Of a DNA stretch of 64,000 nucleotides, positions 27,145-39,100 are shown one piece after another. The DNA lies in the IMG/VR virus record IMGVR_UViG_3300002446_000114, positions 1,047 through 65,046 of that record; one strand, written 5' to 3'. The notes beneath the pieces are model-generated. The model did not search any database. It had not been told where the DNA came from and saw only the letters and a list, made by a program, of their open reading frames with translations. Within the stretch, counting starts at the first letter, position 1, and every line of letters starts with the position of its first letter. The DNA comes from a virus. A program made the position numbers and the translations under genes.

Positions 27145-30100
27145 CATTTGTTAAGAACAGAAGAGGAAGTGACCAGATAGCGTTTAACCGGATTGCTTTT
27201 GATCTGGTCACTGACTCTGGTCAAACGGACCTGTCTGATTTTAGGCCAGGACTGTCACTGATCTGGGACGTTGATCTTAACTTCTCCACTCTACTTACTG
27301 GAACAAGAAATATTTTCATGGGACAGGGAGCTGAGTTTTCTTTTCAAGATAGCCTAGATAATTCCGACAAGAGCCTTTATGTGGAGTACAATGCGTCGGG
27401 AGAGTCAGAGCTCAGGGTTTCTTACTCGAGCTCCTTGAGTGGGCTAGTAGTTATACTCACTCAGGTGGATGGTGTTGTTTCAATTAGCGGCAGTACGTTC
27501 GACGAAGTTGATACATATCTGTGGAAGATTATTGATGGAGTTGGTGAGCCTGGTTATTCAAGGAAGCTCCGCTTAACAGTTGTTTCTGGGTCTATTTACC
27601 TTTCTGTGCAAAAAGATGGAAAATGGTTTGTTCCTTTTATTGCCGGCGTAGCTGGTATCCAGAGAGCTGTCTTTCCAATGCCAGTCGGACCAGAAGATGA
27701 TTTGGATTATGTTTATGAGTATTTGAGCCTGGAGGTTAATACCTTCACCATAAATGGTAGTTTCTCTGTAAAGTCGTCATTTGATCCTATTGTTTATCTT
27801 GACACGCCTCAGCTAGACACGGCACCCTTCTGTCACTTCGAAGCTGATAACGGCAAGGCCCTTAGTTTCACATGTTCAGATCTTGCAGAAGGTGAGCATA
27901 CATTAAGTTACCTTAATGAAGAGTATCTGCTGTACGTTACTTCGAACTACGACTCAAGAGATTACCCTATTCTAATGCCATCCTCAGTGGCAAACCTAAT
28001 CTGCGAATCAGGGTCTGTGTTGATCTGTCAAGACGAGGCGATTGCTGGTGCCGACAATATCGGTAACATGACAGTTTACCCAATGTGTTGTTTTGAAGAC
28101 GGCTCCTTGAGAGACGCTACCCCATTTGATGTGGCTGTAAGTCGCTCCGGCTACTTGACACAACAAGACGATCGGACTCAGCTTCCCGACTTTCTAATTA
28201 GAGAAGCTGATGGCCAGACCTATGGTTGTAACTTTGAGTTCCAGAGAATATTTAAAAACGAATGGGCATTTGAGCATCAACCAATAGTAATGCGACAGTG
28301 TAAGTGGTCCACAGGGCGTAGAGTTTTTTACGGACTGACATCTCAAGACACAACTTTGTCTGGGGATATTTCGATAGACATATCATTTACCCACTTTAGC
28401 CGTGACCTGACGGACTTCGGAATTCCAGGTTTCTTTTCAGACTCGGCGTACGTGGTTAAAGTCATTCGTGAAGATTATGAGCAAATCTTTACCTCTGGGA
28501 TCATTCAAGATCCAGTGTTCTCTTTGAGTCAGATACTCACTTTACCTGGCGATCCGTTTGGGAGATTCTTCATAGAGATAAGTTTTTTTAGTTTCTTTGA
28601 GAGCGCAGGCAATGAATTTTTTCTTTTTCCAATAAAGGGAATGAGAGCCCAGGTTGAGGTCTATCGAGGAGCTGACTTGATTGAGCAAGCTACCTTTGAA
28701 GTCTTGCACGACATGTTCATAGATGGCTATGGGTACATTCCTGTCGCTGAACCCACTGACGTAGGTCGTACAGATGCCCCTTACAGTAGTGCATTTCCGT
28801 TCCACACCAGAAACAAACTTCATTTTGAACTGATGCCACTTGAGGCTGATATTGTATTAGCTTACTACGATCCATCAACGTCATCTCTTTCAAGTTACAG
28901 CAGTGGAGAAGCGGTATCACCCTCTGTTAAGCTAACTAAAGTATTAACTAAGACGCGATCGATCTCAGCCATCGAGCTTAGCAGCGGTCATATTTGTATC
29001 TTCTATCGACTCAAAGATAGTGCACTTGAAAATCCATTCTTTGATTCATTTGAAAACAATTACATCAACTATGATGTGGTTGACATCGATACTGGCGTCA
29101 TTGTTTATGGCGGGCGTATTGAGTTCGAGAGCTACCTTGGCGACACTCATTCGCTGTACGCGTTTGAAGTCGTTCGAGAGAACGAAAGTGTTCTAATCAT
29201 CACATCCTGGCGCGACATGGACAACAAGGTTCCAAGGCCGTCCAACCAGCACCCTCTAATTACTTACCCAATCTCGCCAAGCTCGGTTGACGGATCTAAG
29301 GTGTTCTCTATTTCATGGAACACGGCGTTCTTGACAGACACCACTCGACTCAGTACAGCGACTGCCGACTTCAGTTTGAATGACATTATACAAGCTCAAA
29401 GACTTTTGAACGCAGATTACTATGCAAGAGTTCGAGGTCGAAACTTGGATATGAAGTTTGCCTTGGCAGGCACAATGAGAGCTCACTACTGTGATGAGAT
29501 GGACTTAACGGTACTGTCTCTTGTCGACAACTCATCAAGACAGCCTTTGGTTTTAATGGGCAAGGCGGGTCGTTTTAAGCCAGTCGCGTCACCAGCTTTT
29601 TTTAATACCAACACCTATGATGTGTACACCCGTTCTTTTCGAATAGACGCAGTTAGTTCGGTGATTGGTCATGACGGTATGATTTATGGATTGGCAACAA
29701 GAGGCTCTTGGATTCAGCTTGGGGTCATTGACCCGTCTATCTACTGGCGAGCAAATGCTACTTTGATAAATGCTGAGCAGCCTTACGCGACAAGGTTCGG
29801 TCAGGAAGAAGAGGTTGATGATATTCAGTACCCTAACTGGACTAAGAAGGATTTTACTGATTACTTCATTTCAATTCTGTCTGACAAGACTAGTGAGATT
29901 TTGTCTTTCATGTCAGGTACTATTGTCCAGCCAGTTATTGTTGATCTGGCGATGCATCAGCATTACATGACATTTTCATTCGGTAGCGAAATTCCATTTC
30001 CATTTCAGAATGAGAATTGGTATCCGCTAATTGCTTTTCAAAATGGCCATTTAGACTCTGCGCCTAATGAAACAACATGTGCATTTTCATGGCAACCTCA

Positions 30101-32006
30101 CTACGAAACTGCATCTGGATCCAACTACTCTATCTCGTTTCAAGAGTCGTCAGTATCTCCTTCTAACTTGTCTAACAACAGTTACGCTGTGCTTCGAAAT
30201 AATAACTATGACTACGCTCAGCTCTCGCCACCAGATGATATCGGTGACAGGCTTATGCTTAGGTATCGACTTGGGTCTGGTTATAAATTCAAGGCAAGAG
30301 TGAGAACACTCGAGACGGCCTACACTGAGGCATTTGTCCTTGTAGCGTCTGCTACTGGTTTTTACGATGAGTACAATTGGCAGGAAATTCGTTTAGGTAG
30401 TCTACCCCTGACTGAGTACGACTTGGTTTATGGTAAGGTTGGTTTTGAGATTTCAAATAATTCTGTTCAGCCGTTTGAAGTTACTAATTATCTCTTTGGA
30501 GGGAGGACTGCGATTGGAAATCCAATCGCAATAGAGCAAGGGACTACTTACGACTTGATCATCTACATGAAGCAGTCGGAGAGAAACCTGGCTCAAGTGA
30601 CTTGGCTGGTCAAACAACCTGTTGACTTCGATTCAACGACTTATGATTTCAAAAATGAAGTCATCGGTTACACAAGCAAGATTGTTTCTCTCTTTAGAGA
30701 TGTTAACCAGGTTGAATTTGGTGGCGAGCCATACACCTCAATCGAGATTTCTAGTGATGGGTCTTACAATCTTCAGCAGCTTGAGGTTTATTCTCTTGAT
30801 CTGGGGCTTCTCAGGAGCGAATCGTCAAGTTATTTTCGAACATATTTTGGTAAGGGAGATGGGCTAGATTCAATCCTTGTAGAAAATATTCAGCCCAGTG
30901 ACCTCGGGCAGTGGAGGCAGTTTAATGACGAGAGACTGTTGGTGTACCAGGGCCAACCTCAGTATGGTTTTGTTATCGGGTACAGTGATTTCAACCAGGC
31001 ATCCATGTCATTTCACTACTACAATGGGTTTACATTTACCTTCGGTAATTTAACGGCATTTTCAAATGATACCTGGGAAGTCAGTCGAGTGACCGCTAAT
31101 CCCATATCGTCCGCTCATGTGAGTAACTTGCATGGTTATTGGATTTCGGACGCGGATAACAAGACGATTCTCATCGAGCTTGAGAATATTGATGATGGGT
31201 TGTTTAGAATAGATGCTGCTGTGGTATCTGGTTCCAATTTTAGAACAGCTGCCTTGTTGGAATACGATGCCGACTTAACCGAGTTCACGGCGATTGGTGT
31301 ATTTGATTCAACCTATTGTTTTGTTGATGTCAATGAAGCTGTTCGCCAGGGGGACGATGGGTTTCTGACTATCGATCACTGGTTAGATCTTGGTCGGTGG
31401 TCAGAAGAGGTCAAGTACATCTCAATAGGTGACTCTCAGCCAATGAAGATTATTGATGTAAGGGGAGTCAGCTTAAAGGTTAAAGTTCCTTTTGTCGGCT
31501 CGATACCCACAGGATCGGCAGTAATTTTTGGTGGTAATTCTTTTGTTAAGTTAACTAAACCAATTTCAGCTAAACAGATATTTGTTTTGATCCCAGATCA
31601 GATTACCTACGAAGGCCACTATGCAGTTCATACAATTGACGCTGGTAAGGTTTTGGACGTGAGTCCAGACACAGTCAGCGAGGGGTTCTTCTCTGAACAA
31701 TGCGTTGTTAATAGGGATTTGATTGTAGGCAGCCAGGCATTCACTCAGAGAGAAACTACTAGCCAATCAAAGTCCATCGAGTTGAATTATGCAACTCACC
31801 TTCTGAAGACATGGATGGAGATAACATCACTAGTGGAAAGTCTTTCAGTTTCACGTATCCCCGTCTGGGTTTTTCGTGATATGAAGTTCAAACGAAAAGA
31901 CTTTAATCTGGCTTTAATATCATCGGCTCCGTCTTACTCCCTCTTGCTAGACGACGACAGCGACGAGTCTTATCAGATTACAATTCCACTGAGAGCGGTT
32001 GAATGA
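27141..32006 (+). CDS. Large distal-tail/tail-tip protein (1621 aa)
   Basis: Directly after the tape measure gene (ATGA overlap); beta-rich composition. Assigned by synteny. Confidence 0.55.
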   Translation: MTFVKNRRGSDQIAFNRIAFDLVTDSGQTDLSDFRPGLSLIWDVDLNFSTLLTGTRNIFMGQGAEFSFQDSLDNSDKSLYVEYNASGESELRVSYSSSLSGLVVILTQVDGVVSISGSTFDEVDTYLWKIIDGVGEPGYSRKLRLTVVSGSIYLSVQKDGKWFVPFIAGVAGIQRAVFPMPVGPEDDLDYVYEYLSLEVNTFTINGSFSVKSSFDPIVYLDTPQLDTAPFCHFEADNGKALSFTCSDLAEGEHTLSYLNEEYLLYVTSNYDSRDYPILMPSSVANLICESGSVLICQDEAIAGADNIGNMTVYPMCCFEDGSLRDATPFDVAVSRSGYLTQQDDRTQLPDFLIREADGQTYGCNFEFQRIFKNEWAFEHQPIVMRQCKWSTGRRVFYGLTSQDTTLSGDISIDISFTHFSRDLTDFGIPGFFSDSAYVVKVIREDYEQIFTSGIIQDPVFSLSQILTLPGDPFGRFFIEISFFSFFESAGNEFFLFPIKGMRAQVEVYRGADLIEQATFEVLHDMFIDGYGYIPVAEPTDVGRTDAPYSSAFPFHTRNKLHFELMPLEADIVLAYYDPSTSSLSSYSSGEAVSPSVKLTKVLTKTRSISAIELSSGHICIFYRLKDSALENPFFDSFENNYINYDVVDIDTGVIVYGGRIEFESYLGDTHSLYAFEVVRENESVLIITSWRDMDNKVPRPSNQHPLITYPISPSSVDGSKVFSISWNTAFLTDTTRLSTATADFSLNDIIQAQRLLNADYYARVRGRNLDMKFALAGTMRAHYCDEMDLTVLSLVDNSSRQPLVLMGKAGRFKPVASPAFFNTNTYDVYTRSFRIDAVSSVIGHDGMIYGLATRGSWIQLGVIDPSIYWRANATLINAEQPYATRFGQEEEVDDIQYPNWTKKDFTDYFISILSDKTSEILSFMSGTIVQPVIVDLAMHQHYMTFSFGSEIPFPFQNENWYPLIAFQNGHLDSAPNETTCAFSWQPHYETASGSNYSISFQESSVSPSNLSNNSYAVLRNNNYDYAQLSPPDDIGDRLMLRYRLGSGYKFKARVRTLETAYTEAFVLVASATGFYDEYNWQEIRLGSLPLTEYDLVYGKVGFEISNNSVQPFEVTNYLFGGRTAIGNPIAIEQGTTYDLIIYMKQSERNLAQVTWLVKQPVDFDSTTYDFKNEVIGYTSKIVSLFRDVNQVEFGGEPYTSIEISSDGSYNLQQLEVYSLDLGLLRSESSSYFRTYFGKGDGLDSILVENIQPSDLGQWRQFNDERLLVYQGQPQYGFVIGYSDFNQASMSFHYYNGFTFTFGNLTAFSNDTWEVSRVTANPISSAHVSNLHGYWISDADNKTILIELENIDDGLFRIDAAVVSGSNFRTAALLEYDADLTEFTAIGVFDSTYCFVDVNEAVRQGDDGFLTIDHWLDLGRWSEEVKYISIGDSQPMKIIDVRGVSLKVKVPFVGSIPTGSAVIFGGNSFVKLTKPISAKQIFVLIPDQITYEGHYAVHTIDAGKVLDVSPDTVSEGFFSEQCVVNRDLIVGSQAFTQRETTSQSKSIELNYATHLLKTWMEITSLVESLSVSRIPVWVFRDMKFKRKDFNLALISSAPSYSLLLDDDSDESYQITIPLRAVE

Positions 32007-35000
32007 GATACCTTTCGTTAATAGTGCCTGAAAAGATTTACACTGAGAATGTAGGTACAGACTCAGGTGAAGAGCATATCAAGTTAACCTCACACGACGA
32101 TGGCCCAGAAATTTCCTTTCTTAGAAAAGGAGACTCTGCGTCGCAGGGATTGCCGCTTTCGGTTTTACCAAAGACAGGGATACCAGGCGGGGTCTTTAAC
32201 CGATCTAAGTCAAGAAGGTTAATGACCAGAAAGATCTTTTTACCATACAAGTTGGCGGTCAGTTTTGAAGAGGAGCCAACTAATGAAGATTTTTATGGAG
32301 TCACAGAGCTAGGTGTTCGTAAGTTCATGCGGAGTACCTTTAGTGATCCCATGACAACAGACACTCGTGGATCTAAGCATCGCAACAGTAGAATTTTTTC
32401 TTTTGAGGGTGATCTTTTTTACCTATGCGAGCAAAGGGTTTCATTCGGATCTAACTTTGCTACCGTTCCAAAGATTTTCAAGTACGATAAGTCACTGGAC
32501 GAGTTCCAGTTCTATCATGTTTTTGATGATCCTGTTTCGATTTACAGGTCAGCTTCCAATGATACTCAATTTGGATCTCCAGATTACTTTGTGTTCAAAG
32601 GAATGCTTCATGTGGGTTATCGAGTAATCAATAAAGATGCCAGGCGAAATGAGATTTTGATTTGGAGACAGACCAAGCAGGGTCAATGGATCAAGCTTTC
32701 TACTTTGCCCATCCTGAACTCGTTTGATAATCTTGAGGTTAAGAGTCTTAAGATCAGAATAGCAACGTCCTCTGACGCAATCATGGTTGTGTATTATTCG
32801 ATAGATCAGTTCAATCGAGGGGCCCAACCTAGGGAAAGACATGACATGCGAAGTTATGTCTCCTACGACGGTGTGAACTTTACAAGTAAAAGTAAGTCAT
32901 TTGACACTATTTCTCTTGATGGAAATGGGAACTTTCTCAATGGCCTTAACGTATCTAACATGGCGTATCATTTCATTCCTCGCCAAGAGTACACAGGTGA
33001 TAATAGTGTTTTGGTTGGTTCCAATGTCAACTTTGCTTTGTACTATGACACTACATTAGCATCGTTTGTTATTTTGAAGTCTGGAGATCCAGCTGGGAAG
33101 ATAGATCCATTGACAGGCGTAGCTGATTTAAATGGTAATGACACTTGGCTGATGGGTATCAAGACGGTTGATGGCGACTACAGTACGTGGGAAAACTGTG
33201 TCAATTTTGAGCTCTCACCAAGTAACACAGGTATCCTTCCAGACGAGTCAGGGATAGTGTTCGGGTCACCTGATACCAATTCCGAATTAGATTCCATGAC
33301 ATACCGGCTTAGGATCATCGACATTGATGTTGTGCCTGGCATTGAAACTAATGTCATGGCGATCACCTGGCGTGAGTTCAATGGCCATGACAGTAGATCA
33401 GGGACTTGTTTAAATGAGTTTGAGTTCGTGTCGGCTGATCAGATCGAGGCTGGCTCTGATGACTATCATTACGAAGTAGGATCTAAGTCTCATCCAGAGT
33501 GGTCTTTCCTGACCAGGCGTTTCGATCCCGACGCATGTGGCCTGTTCGGGGGAGGTACGTATTCGGTTCCACCCGTGACTGCCTATGTGAATTCGATTTC
33601 AATCTGTCGATGGCGAGAACAGATCGTTGTAACTTCTTTTTCTAACTTCAGAGTTGTTTTCACGATGTTTAGCCAGTGGCAAAACGTTTCGGAAAACTCA
33701 GGTTATCAAGTCGCTTACAGTGGTATCTTTGGACCTGTTACAAGGTTTTCATATGTTGATCAGGTAGGTGGCACCTACAATAGTGTCAACTCAACTTATC
33801 TATTCACAGCTGCATCTGGAGCTATATTCTTAGCGAACTCAGGATCTCCAATTACACCAGATCTCCTGTCCCTGAATCACCCCACGAAACTCTCAAGGTT
33901 AGCGACAAAGGTTAGGTTTGTGGTCTCTGTAGTAGATGGAAGCAATGCCGAGGTTTTGACGGTTCGGCTAAAATCTATTCTTGAGAATGTTGATGTAACG
34001 ATCAGTCTCGAGATTGGTGAGATATTTGTCTTCACAGACATTGGCAGCGGAGATGTTCTTCACACTGAGTGGGCGGTTCCAGTAACTGATTGGTCATTGC
34101 CGTATGAGTTTATTTTTGGGAATAGTGGTGCGAGTATTTATTTGTACTATCGCTTGGTAGGTACAGACAAATTCTTTTTAGCTGGGAAAACAACTGTAGT
34201 CCCAACTGGAGCTTCTCTTGGCCCGTTCGGACATGTGCTCGTTGGTGCGCTAGGTGGGACAAGTGATGTTGTCTTTTACGATCTCCAAATTGGTACTTAC
34301 AACAAGGCTCACCGAGCTACCTTCGCTGACTCATTAAACTTTTCGACGTCAGAGCTTGGTAACAGATCCTTGAGTGGGCCCAATTGCCCCACAGTGAAGT
34401 GCGCTGAGTTGCCTTTTGAATTGATGGATGGATCTTTAGTTAGCTTAAGAGGCATACCTCAAATGAGTTCTGCGGATCTTGAGATCTACAAGTACGAGTT
34501 TGTAAGTAGCGAGACATCGAATACTCCGGTTAGCCTGGTGGATGGCCTATCAGATCGTCTTTTCGACGTTACGAAAAGTCATTCGATCTTAGATCATTGT
34601 CACTGCTATAAGTCAGCGCCTCCACTTGATTCAAATGACACTGATTACGGATATCAGTTTTTGTTCAGAAAAGAACCTAGAATCTTTGACGCCTTCTCCC
34701 TGATCAATGCTTTTGGATTCCACTGTTTCAATCTGATTCTTGGTGAGCATGATGGAACTTCATGGACATCTGTAACTGGCCAGGTTAAGTACAAGCTGAC
34801 ACGCAAGGAGCTCACTACATACGAGGTGCAGGGGGCTTCTTTTTCGGTCTCAGACATTTTCGACCAGGGGCAAATTATTGGATATTGTGTAATGAAGTAT
34901 TCCACAATAAGTGAAACTTACGAAGACACTTTTCAGGTCAAGAGGAACTTTCAGCGAGTCATCATTCTTGATCGTGACATTGGCGTGTTCGAAGAACATC

Positions 35001-36184
35001 ATGTGATGCACCTGTTTTTCACATCAGCTTCTTATCAGTTACCAGAGGAGCTGTTTGAAATCAGTCAACAAGCTACTCACGTTGGCTTGAGGATATTTGG
35101 TGTGCCCTCCACTAATCTGATTGGTCTTGGTGAATTCATTGTAGGTCAGTCGTTTGACCTGAGTGAGTTTACAAATCAGATGTCAGCTACGATGGAAGGT
35201 GACGTGACTGTTACCGATGGCGAGTACGGTCTTATCTTTAACAAGGGTGCTACCTACCGGCCAGCAGTTGAGTCGTTTTCAATAGATACTTCTGTGAGGT
35301 TCGGAGGGATGACTCTCACAAATATGTTGCGTCAAGTACAAAGGGATGAACTCTTGATGGCCTTGGTTGAACAACGTTCGAATGGATCTAACTGGACGTG
35401 GCCAGTAGTTAAGGGCAACGTTTCATATGGTTCAATGGACTACCTTCAAGAGATCAATGTTAATCTTATTGCTCAAAATTATTTCGCCAGAAAGACCAGG
35501 AAAGAAAGGTACTCTCCACCGGTACTTGAACTGACATACTCACCTGAGTTTGTCCTGAATGTTATTTCCACGATTTCAGCGACAGCAACAGATCCATCTG
35601 GTGGTACGCTGACCTATGACTGGTTTGTTAGCTCGGTGAAGGTGCCAGAAACGACATCAGATCTGGACCTGACGGTTACCGAACACAAGTCAGTCGAGGT
35701 TATCAGATGTACAGTAACATCATCAATAAGTGGGCTGAGCGAAACAAAGTTTGCTTACTTGTTCAGAAGAGACATTCCTCAAGTTGAATCAGTTGAACTG
35801 GTTGACCTATTGGATCCTATTGTTATTGGAGATCCAACAACTACTTTAGTCACAATCTCTATTGTGCTAAGCTCTGGTTTTGACTTTGGTTCGAACTACG
35901 CAAGAGGGTCGTTGTCTTTCTACAAAGACTCTGGAGAGATAGACCCTGTAACTGGAGAGCCTATCTATCTCAACGATTACTTTATCAACCTGGCTTTCTC
36001 ATTCACGAACACGGCATCTGTGATATGGGCCGGATACCGAGCTGAGGTTGAGTTGAGATTCTTTGGTACGACAATTGATGTGGATTTTGAGCTGACTTCG
36101 GACCCAATGGTATCTACAGTGGTCATGGTTTATGAAGACGAGTTCGGCTTTAGAGAAGTTAGACTCTTGAATGTAACTGTATAG
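32003..36184 (+). CDS. Large tail-tip protein (1393 aa) with Asp-box-like and Ig/PKD-like segments
   Basis: YVSYDGVNFT is Asp-box-like. ATATDPSGGTLTYDWFV...RCTVT is Ig/PKD-like. Lies in the tail block. Confidence 0.55.
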   Translation: MRYLSLIVPEKIYTENVGTDSGEEHIKLTSHDDGPEISFLRKGDSASQGLPLSVLPKTGIPGGVFNRSKSRRLMTRKIFLPYKLAVSFEEEPTNEDFYGVTELGVRKFMRSTFSDPMTTDTRGSKHRNSRIFSFEGDLFYLCEQRVSFGSNFATVPKIFKYDKSLDEFQFYHVFDDPVSIYRSASNDTQFGSPDYFVFKGMLHVGYRVINKDARRNEILIWRQTKQGQWIKLSTLPILNSFDNLEVKSLKIRIATSSDAIMVVYYSIDQFNRGAQPRERHDMRSYVSYDGVNFTSKSKSFDTISLDGNGNFLNGLNVSNMAYHFIPRQEYTGDNSVLVGSNVNFALYYDTTLASFVILKSGDPAGKIDPLTGVADLNGNDTWLMGIKTVDGDYSTWENCVNFELSPSNTGILPDESGIVFGSPDTNSELDSMTYRLRIIDIDVVPGIETNVMAITWREFNGHDSRSGTCLNEFEFVSADQIEAGSDDYHYEVGSKSHPEWSFLTRRFDPDACGLFGGGTYSVPPVTAYVNSISICRWREQIVVTSFSNFRVVFTMFSQWQNVSENSGYQVAYSGIFGPVTRFSYVDQVGGTYNSVNSTYLFTAASGAIFLANSGSPITPDLLSLNHPTKLSRLATKVRFVVSVVDGSNAEVLTVRLKSILENVDVTISLEIGEIFVFTDIGSGDVLHTEWAVPVTDWSLPYEFIFGNSGASIYLYYRLVGTDKFFLAGKTTVVPTGASLGPFGHVLVGALGGTSDVVFYDLQIGTYNKAHRATFADSLNFSTSELGNRSLSGPNCPTVKCAELPFELMDGSLVSLRGIPQMSSADLEIYKYEFVSSETSNTPVSLVDGLSDRLFDVTKSHSILDHCHCYKSAPPLDSNDTDYGYQFLFRKEPRIFDAFSLINAFGFHCFNLILGEHDGTSWTSVTGQVKYKLTRKELTTYEVQGASFSVSDIFDQGQIIGYCVMKYSTISETYEDTFQVKRNFQRVIILDRDIGVFEEHHVMHLFFTSASYQLPEELFEISQQATHVGLRIFGVPSTNLIGLGEFIVGQSFDLSEFTNQMSATMEGDVTVTDGEYGLIFNKGATYRPAVESFSIDTSVRFGGMTLTNMLRQVQRDELLMALVEQRSNGSNWTWPVVKGNVSYGSMDYLQEINVNLIAQNYFARKTRKERYSPPVLELTYSPEFVLNVISTISATATDPSGGTLTYDWFVSSVKVPETTSDLDLTVTEHKSVEVIRCTVTSSISGLSETKFAYLFRRDIPQVESVELVDLLDPIVIGDPTTTLVTISIVLSSGFDFGSNYARGSLSFYKDSGEIDPVTGEPIYLNDYFINLAFSFTNTASVIWAGYRAEVELRFFGTTIDVDFELTSDPMVSTVVMVYEDEFGFREVRLLNVTV

Positions 36185-36195
36185 GCAACAACAAC

Positions 36196-39100
36196 ATGAA
36201 ACACTTTGCAATTGATATACGATTGAAACAAGCATGGTTCCGCTTTGCAACGGAGCGCATGGCCTTAAACGATCCAGAAAGGGGTTGCGGGGAAGACGTT
36301 TTTCTGCCCTACCTACCGAAGATTGTGTCAGTTGATGCCGTTGACAAGGAAGTGAGCCTCACAGGTAGTTCTCCCATTCCTAGTATCAAGGTATCGATTC
36401 ATGACGTGACTCGTAAACTTGTTGAGACATTGTCAGAGGGGTTTGCAGAAGAAGCCTCGGCTACCGTTCGAATGATTGAGGATGGCATTGAGATTGATAG
36501 GGTAGTGGGTTTCATTACTGATGATAACTGGAAGGATGGCGTTATCACGTTCACTGTGAGATCTGATGAGGACATTGAGTCAGCTGATAAATTTAAGTTA
36601 TTTTCATTTGATTCTTTTCAGCACATGGAGATGCTCTCTCCAGTCAGAGTCGATGTAGGTGTCGACATTCAGGTAAATAACAGCACTCCGTGGCGAATTT
36701 TTAAATCAACTTTGCAAAGGTCAGCAGTTGCCGAACAGGTCTTCACACTTGTGACCGGAAAAATTGTTATTCCATATTATTCCTATGAGACAGTAGCTAC
36801 TTTCAATACAAGAGGTAAGGCTGTATTGCCAAATGTCAATGTCATTAAGTTAACTTCAAAAACAAATCAGTTCAACATAGTGTATCCAGCTACCGAAAAT
36901 CTTAATAATGATTGGATGGACGGATCTGTCGCTGACGATACATACCTTAAGGAAGTTACCACTGGTCCTCTTTTTAATAACATCATTAAGACGCCTTCGA
37001 ATTATGCCTATGCCATTATTGGAAATTCAGAGACAGGTACTCAGGAAATATTTGCATATGCGTTTTGCCTCAAAGGTGAGTTCTGGTCGATAGATGCTGG
37101 CTCGGGTAGTCCTGGTTTTGTAACGGCAGCGGGTGGCAGTGCAGAGCATTATTTTCTGTCAGGTATACCAACTCCAGAATACCCAGATCCTTTGGGAATT
37201 TTTGCTACAGAGCCTGAAGAGGATGCTTTCGCAGATGAGTTCCGCATAAAATATTACCACGCACCAGGGGAGATTTGTGCGCCCAGTAATGGTGTGGACA
37301 TTATCTATGTTGACGCTGGTAATTTGATTCCCAGATACGAGAACGATCCTGATCTCTCTACTGGCTTGCTATGGGCAGGGAGAACAGTCACGTTCGATAA
37401 TGCCATGAGTGAAGGTAGTGATTCTTCAAACACAATAGGGCGAACAGCTAAGGCATTTTCCAGGTATCACATAGCCGAGATATTTGAAGATATTTACGAT
37501 GATATTAACGACACTGGAATCATTCCTTATGTTCTCAAAATTGAAATTCATAACAGGACATTGAGTCCTCGACACTATTATGCCATCAAATTTAATGGTT
37601 TTCCGATTTATGAATTACCAGCAGAGATTTCTCCAGACGCGAAGCTACTTGTTGCAAGATTCGACTATGCTATGCTCAGCATGGATCTCCCATTGAATAA
37701 CATTAAGGAAGTTACTTACGATCGACTCTACGCGAAGATTGCAGCAGGTAACGTACCTCAGCAATTGGACAATCGATACCGAGGTGCAAGGGTTGATTCT
37801 GTCAAAGACCTTTACAATCTGTTGACCACTGTATCTAGTGGCCAAGCGGATTCAGCGGTGTACGATCCTGGTAATATTCAACAGATCAATGATGCTGTTA
37901 TCAATAACGCTACCGAGCGATTTGCCATTTGTACAAGGAGTAAGTTTGTTATCGTTGATAGCGAGCTTTTTGAGCGTCTTTATTTTCCAACACGAGGTGG
38001 CAGTCTTTACAGCTACTTAGAGACGGAGATGATTGCCGGTCTAGCTATTGTAAGAAGGATTGGCTACTTAGCTGATCCTGATATTTTTGAAGATGATACT
38101 GTTGGTGATAACTATTTGACGTCCTCTCCGACTGGAGCATCTGCCTGGACAAATATGATGGTAGTTGCACCATCTGCTGTGAACCTGGCCGACTGGAGTG
38201 AGAATGGGTTTGAAACCTGGGAAGACGAAGCGAAATTATTTTTCGCATCTCAGCGGTATCGAGTTATCCGAGATGCTGTTCCAGAGAATTCAAATGACCT
38301 TGGTAAGATGTTTCCAATTGTTTTTGGGAGGGTACATCGGGTGCCTTTGATTCAGGCCATCTCAAGGAAGGTGATGTTAACGGATGAGGTGACTTCAGGT
38401 GATGATGTTTATGTATTTGCATCTCATCGAACTGATGTCAAAACCTCAGTAGACATTAAGCTTGAGTGGTTCTCAGATGATAATTCGGTATTGGAAAACG
38501 AGGAATTATTTGATCCATCTATGCGAAGAGAGATTGTTGAATCGCCGTTCCCAATTAAGAAGTCAGGTCACTATGAAGTAGAAGAAATTGATAGTGTTTT
38601 GAATTTGAAGTTTGTTGGTGACATTAGTAATCCCTATCATATGATCACCCCACTAAGGACGCTGGACGGAACTTCCTTGAGCGCAATTAAGTTGAGAGGG
38701 GATGAGTGGGATGAGAGAGCAGGACGTTTTGATAAGCGATACCCTATTAGGAATGGGTTGGGATCGACTACCTTGTACGGGACGTTCTCTGGGTACATAG
38801 ACGAGCAGAACAGGTTGATCTCTCACCCCGTTGACGTGATCGCTACTTACGTGAAGCTTTATGGATCTTCGTCTCTCAATGAAGACTTCATCGACCAAGA
38901 TAGTCTTGCCCTGGTCAAGAGCCAAACGCCTAGATATACGTCATCTATTTTTCTGAATGAACCCATCAAGACCAGTGAGCTTATCGAGAAGATATGTAAT
39001 GAGTTTGGCCTGATGTACTTCATTTCATCTGGCAAGATTAAAATCATTCTCCCGGACATGAAGTTTGCGAACTATTCGAAGCCACTTTCAGAGGGTCTGA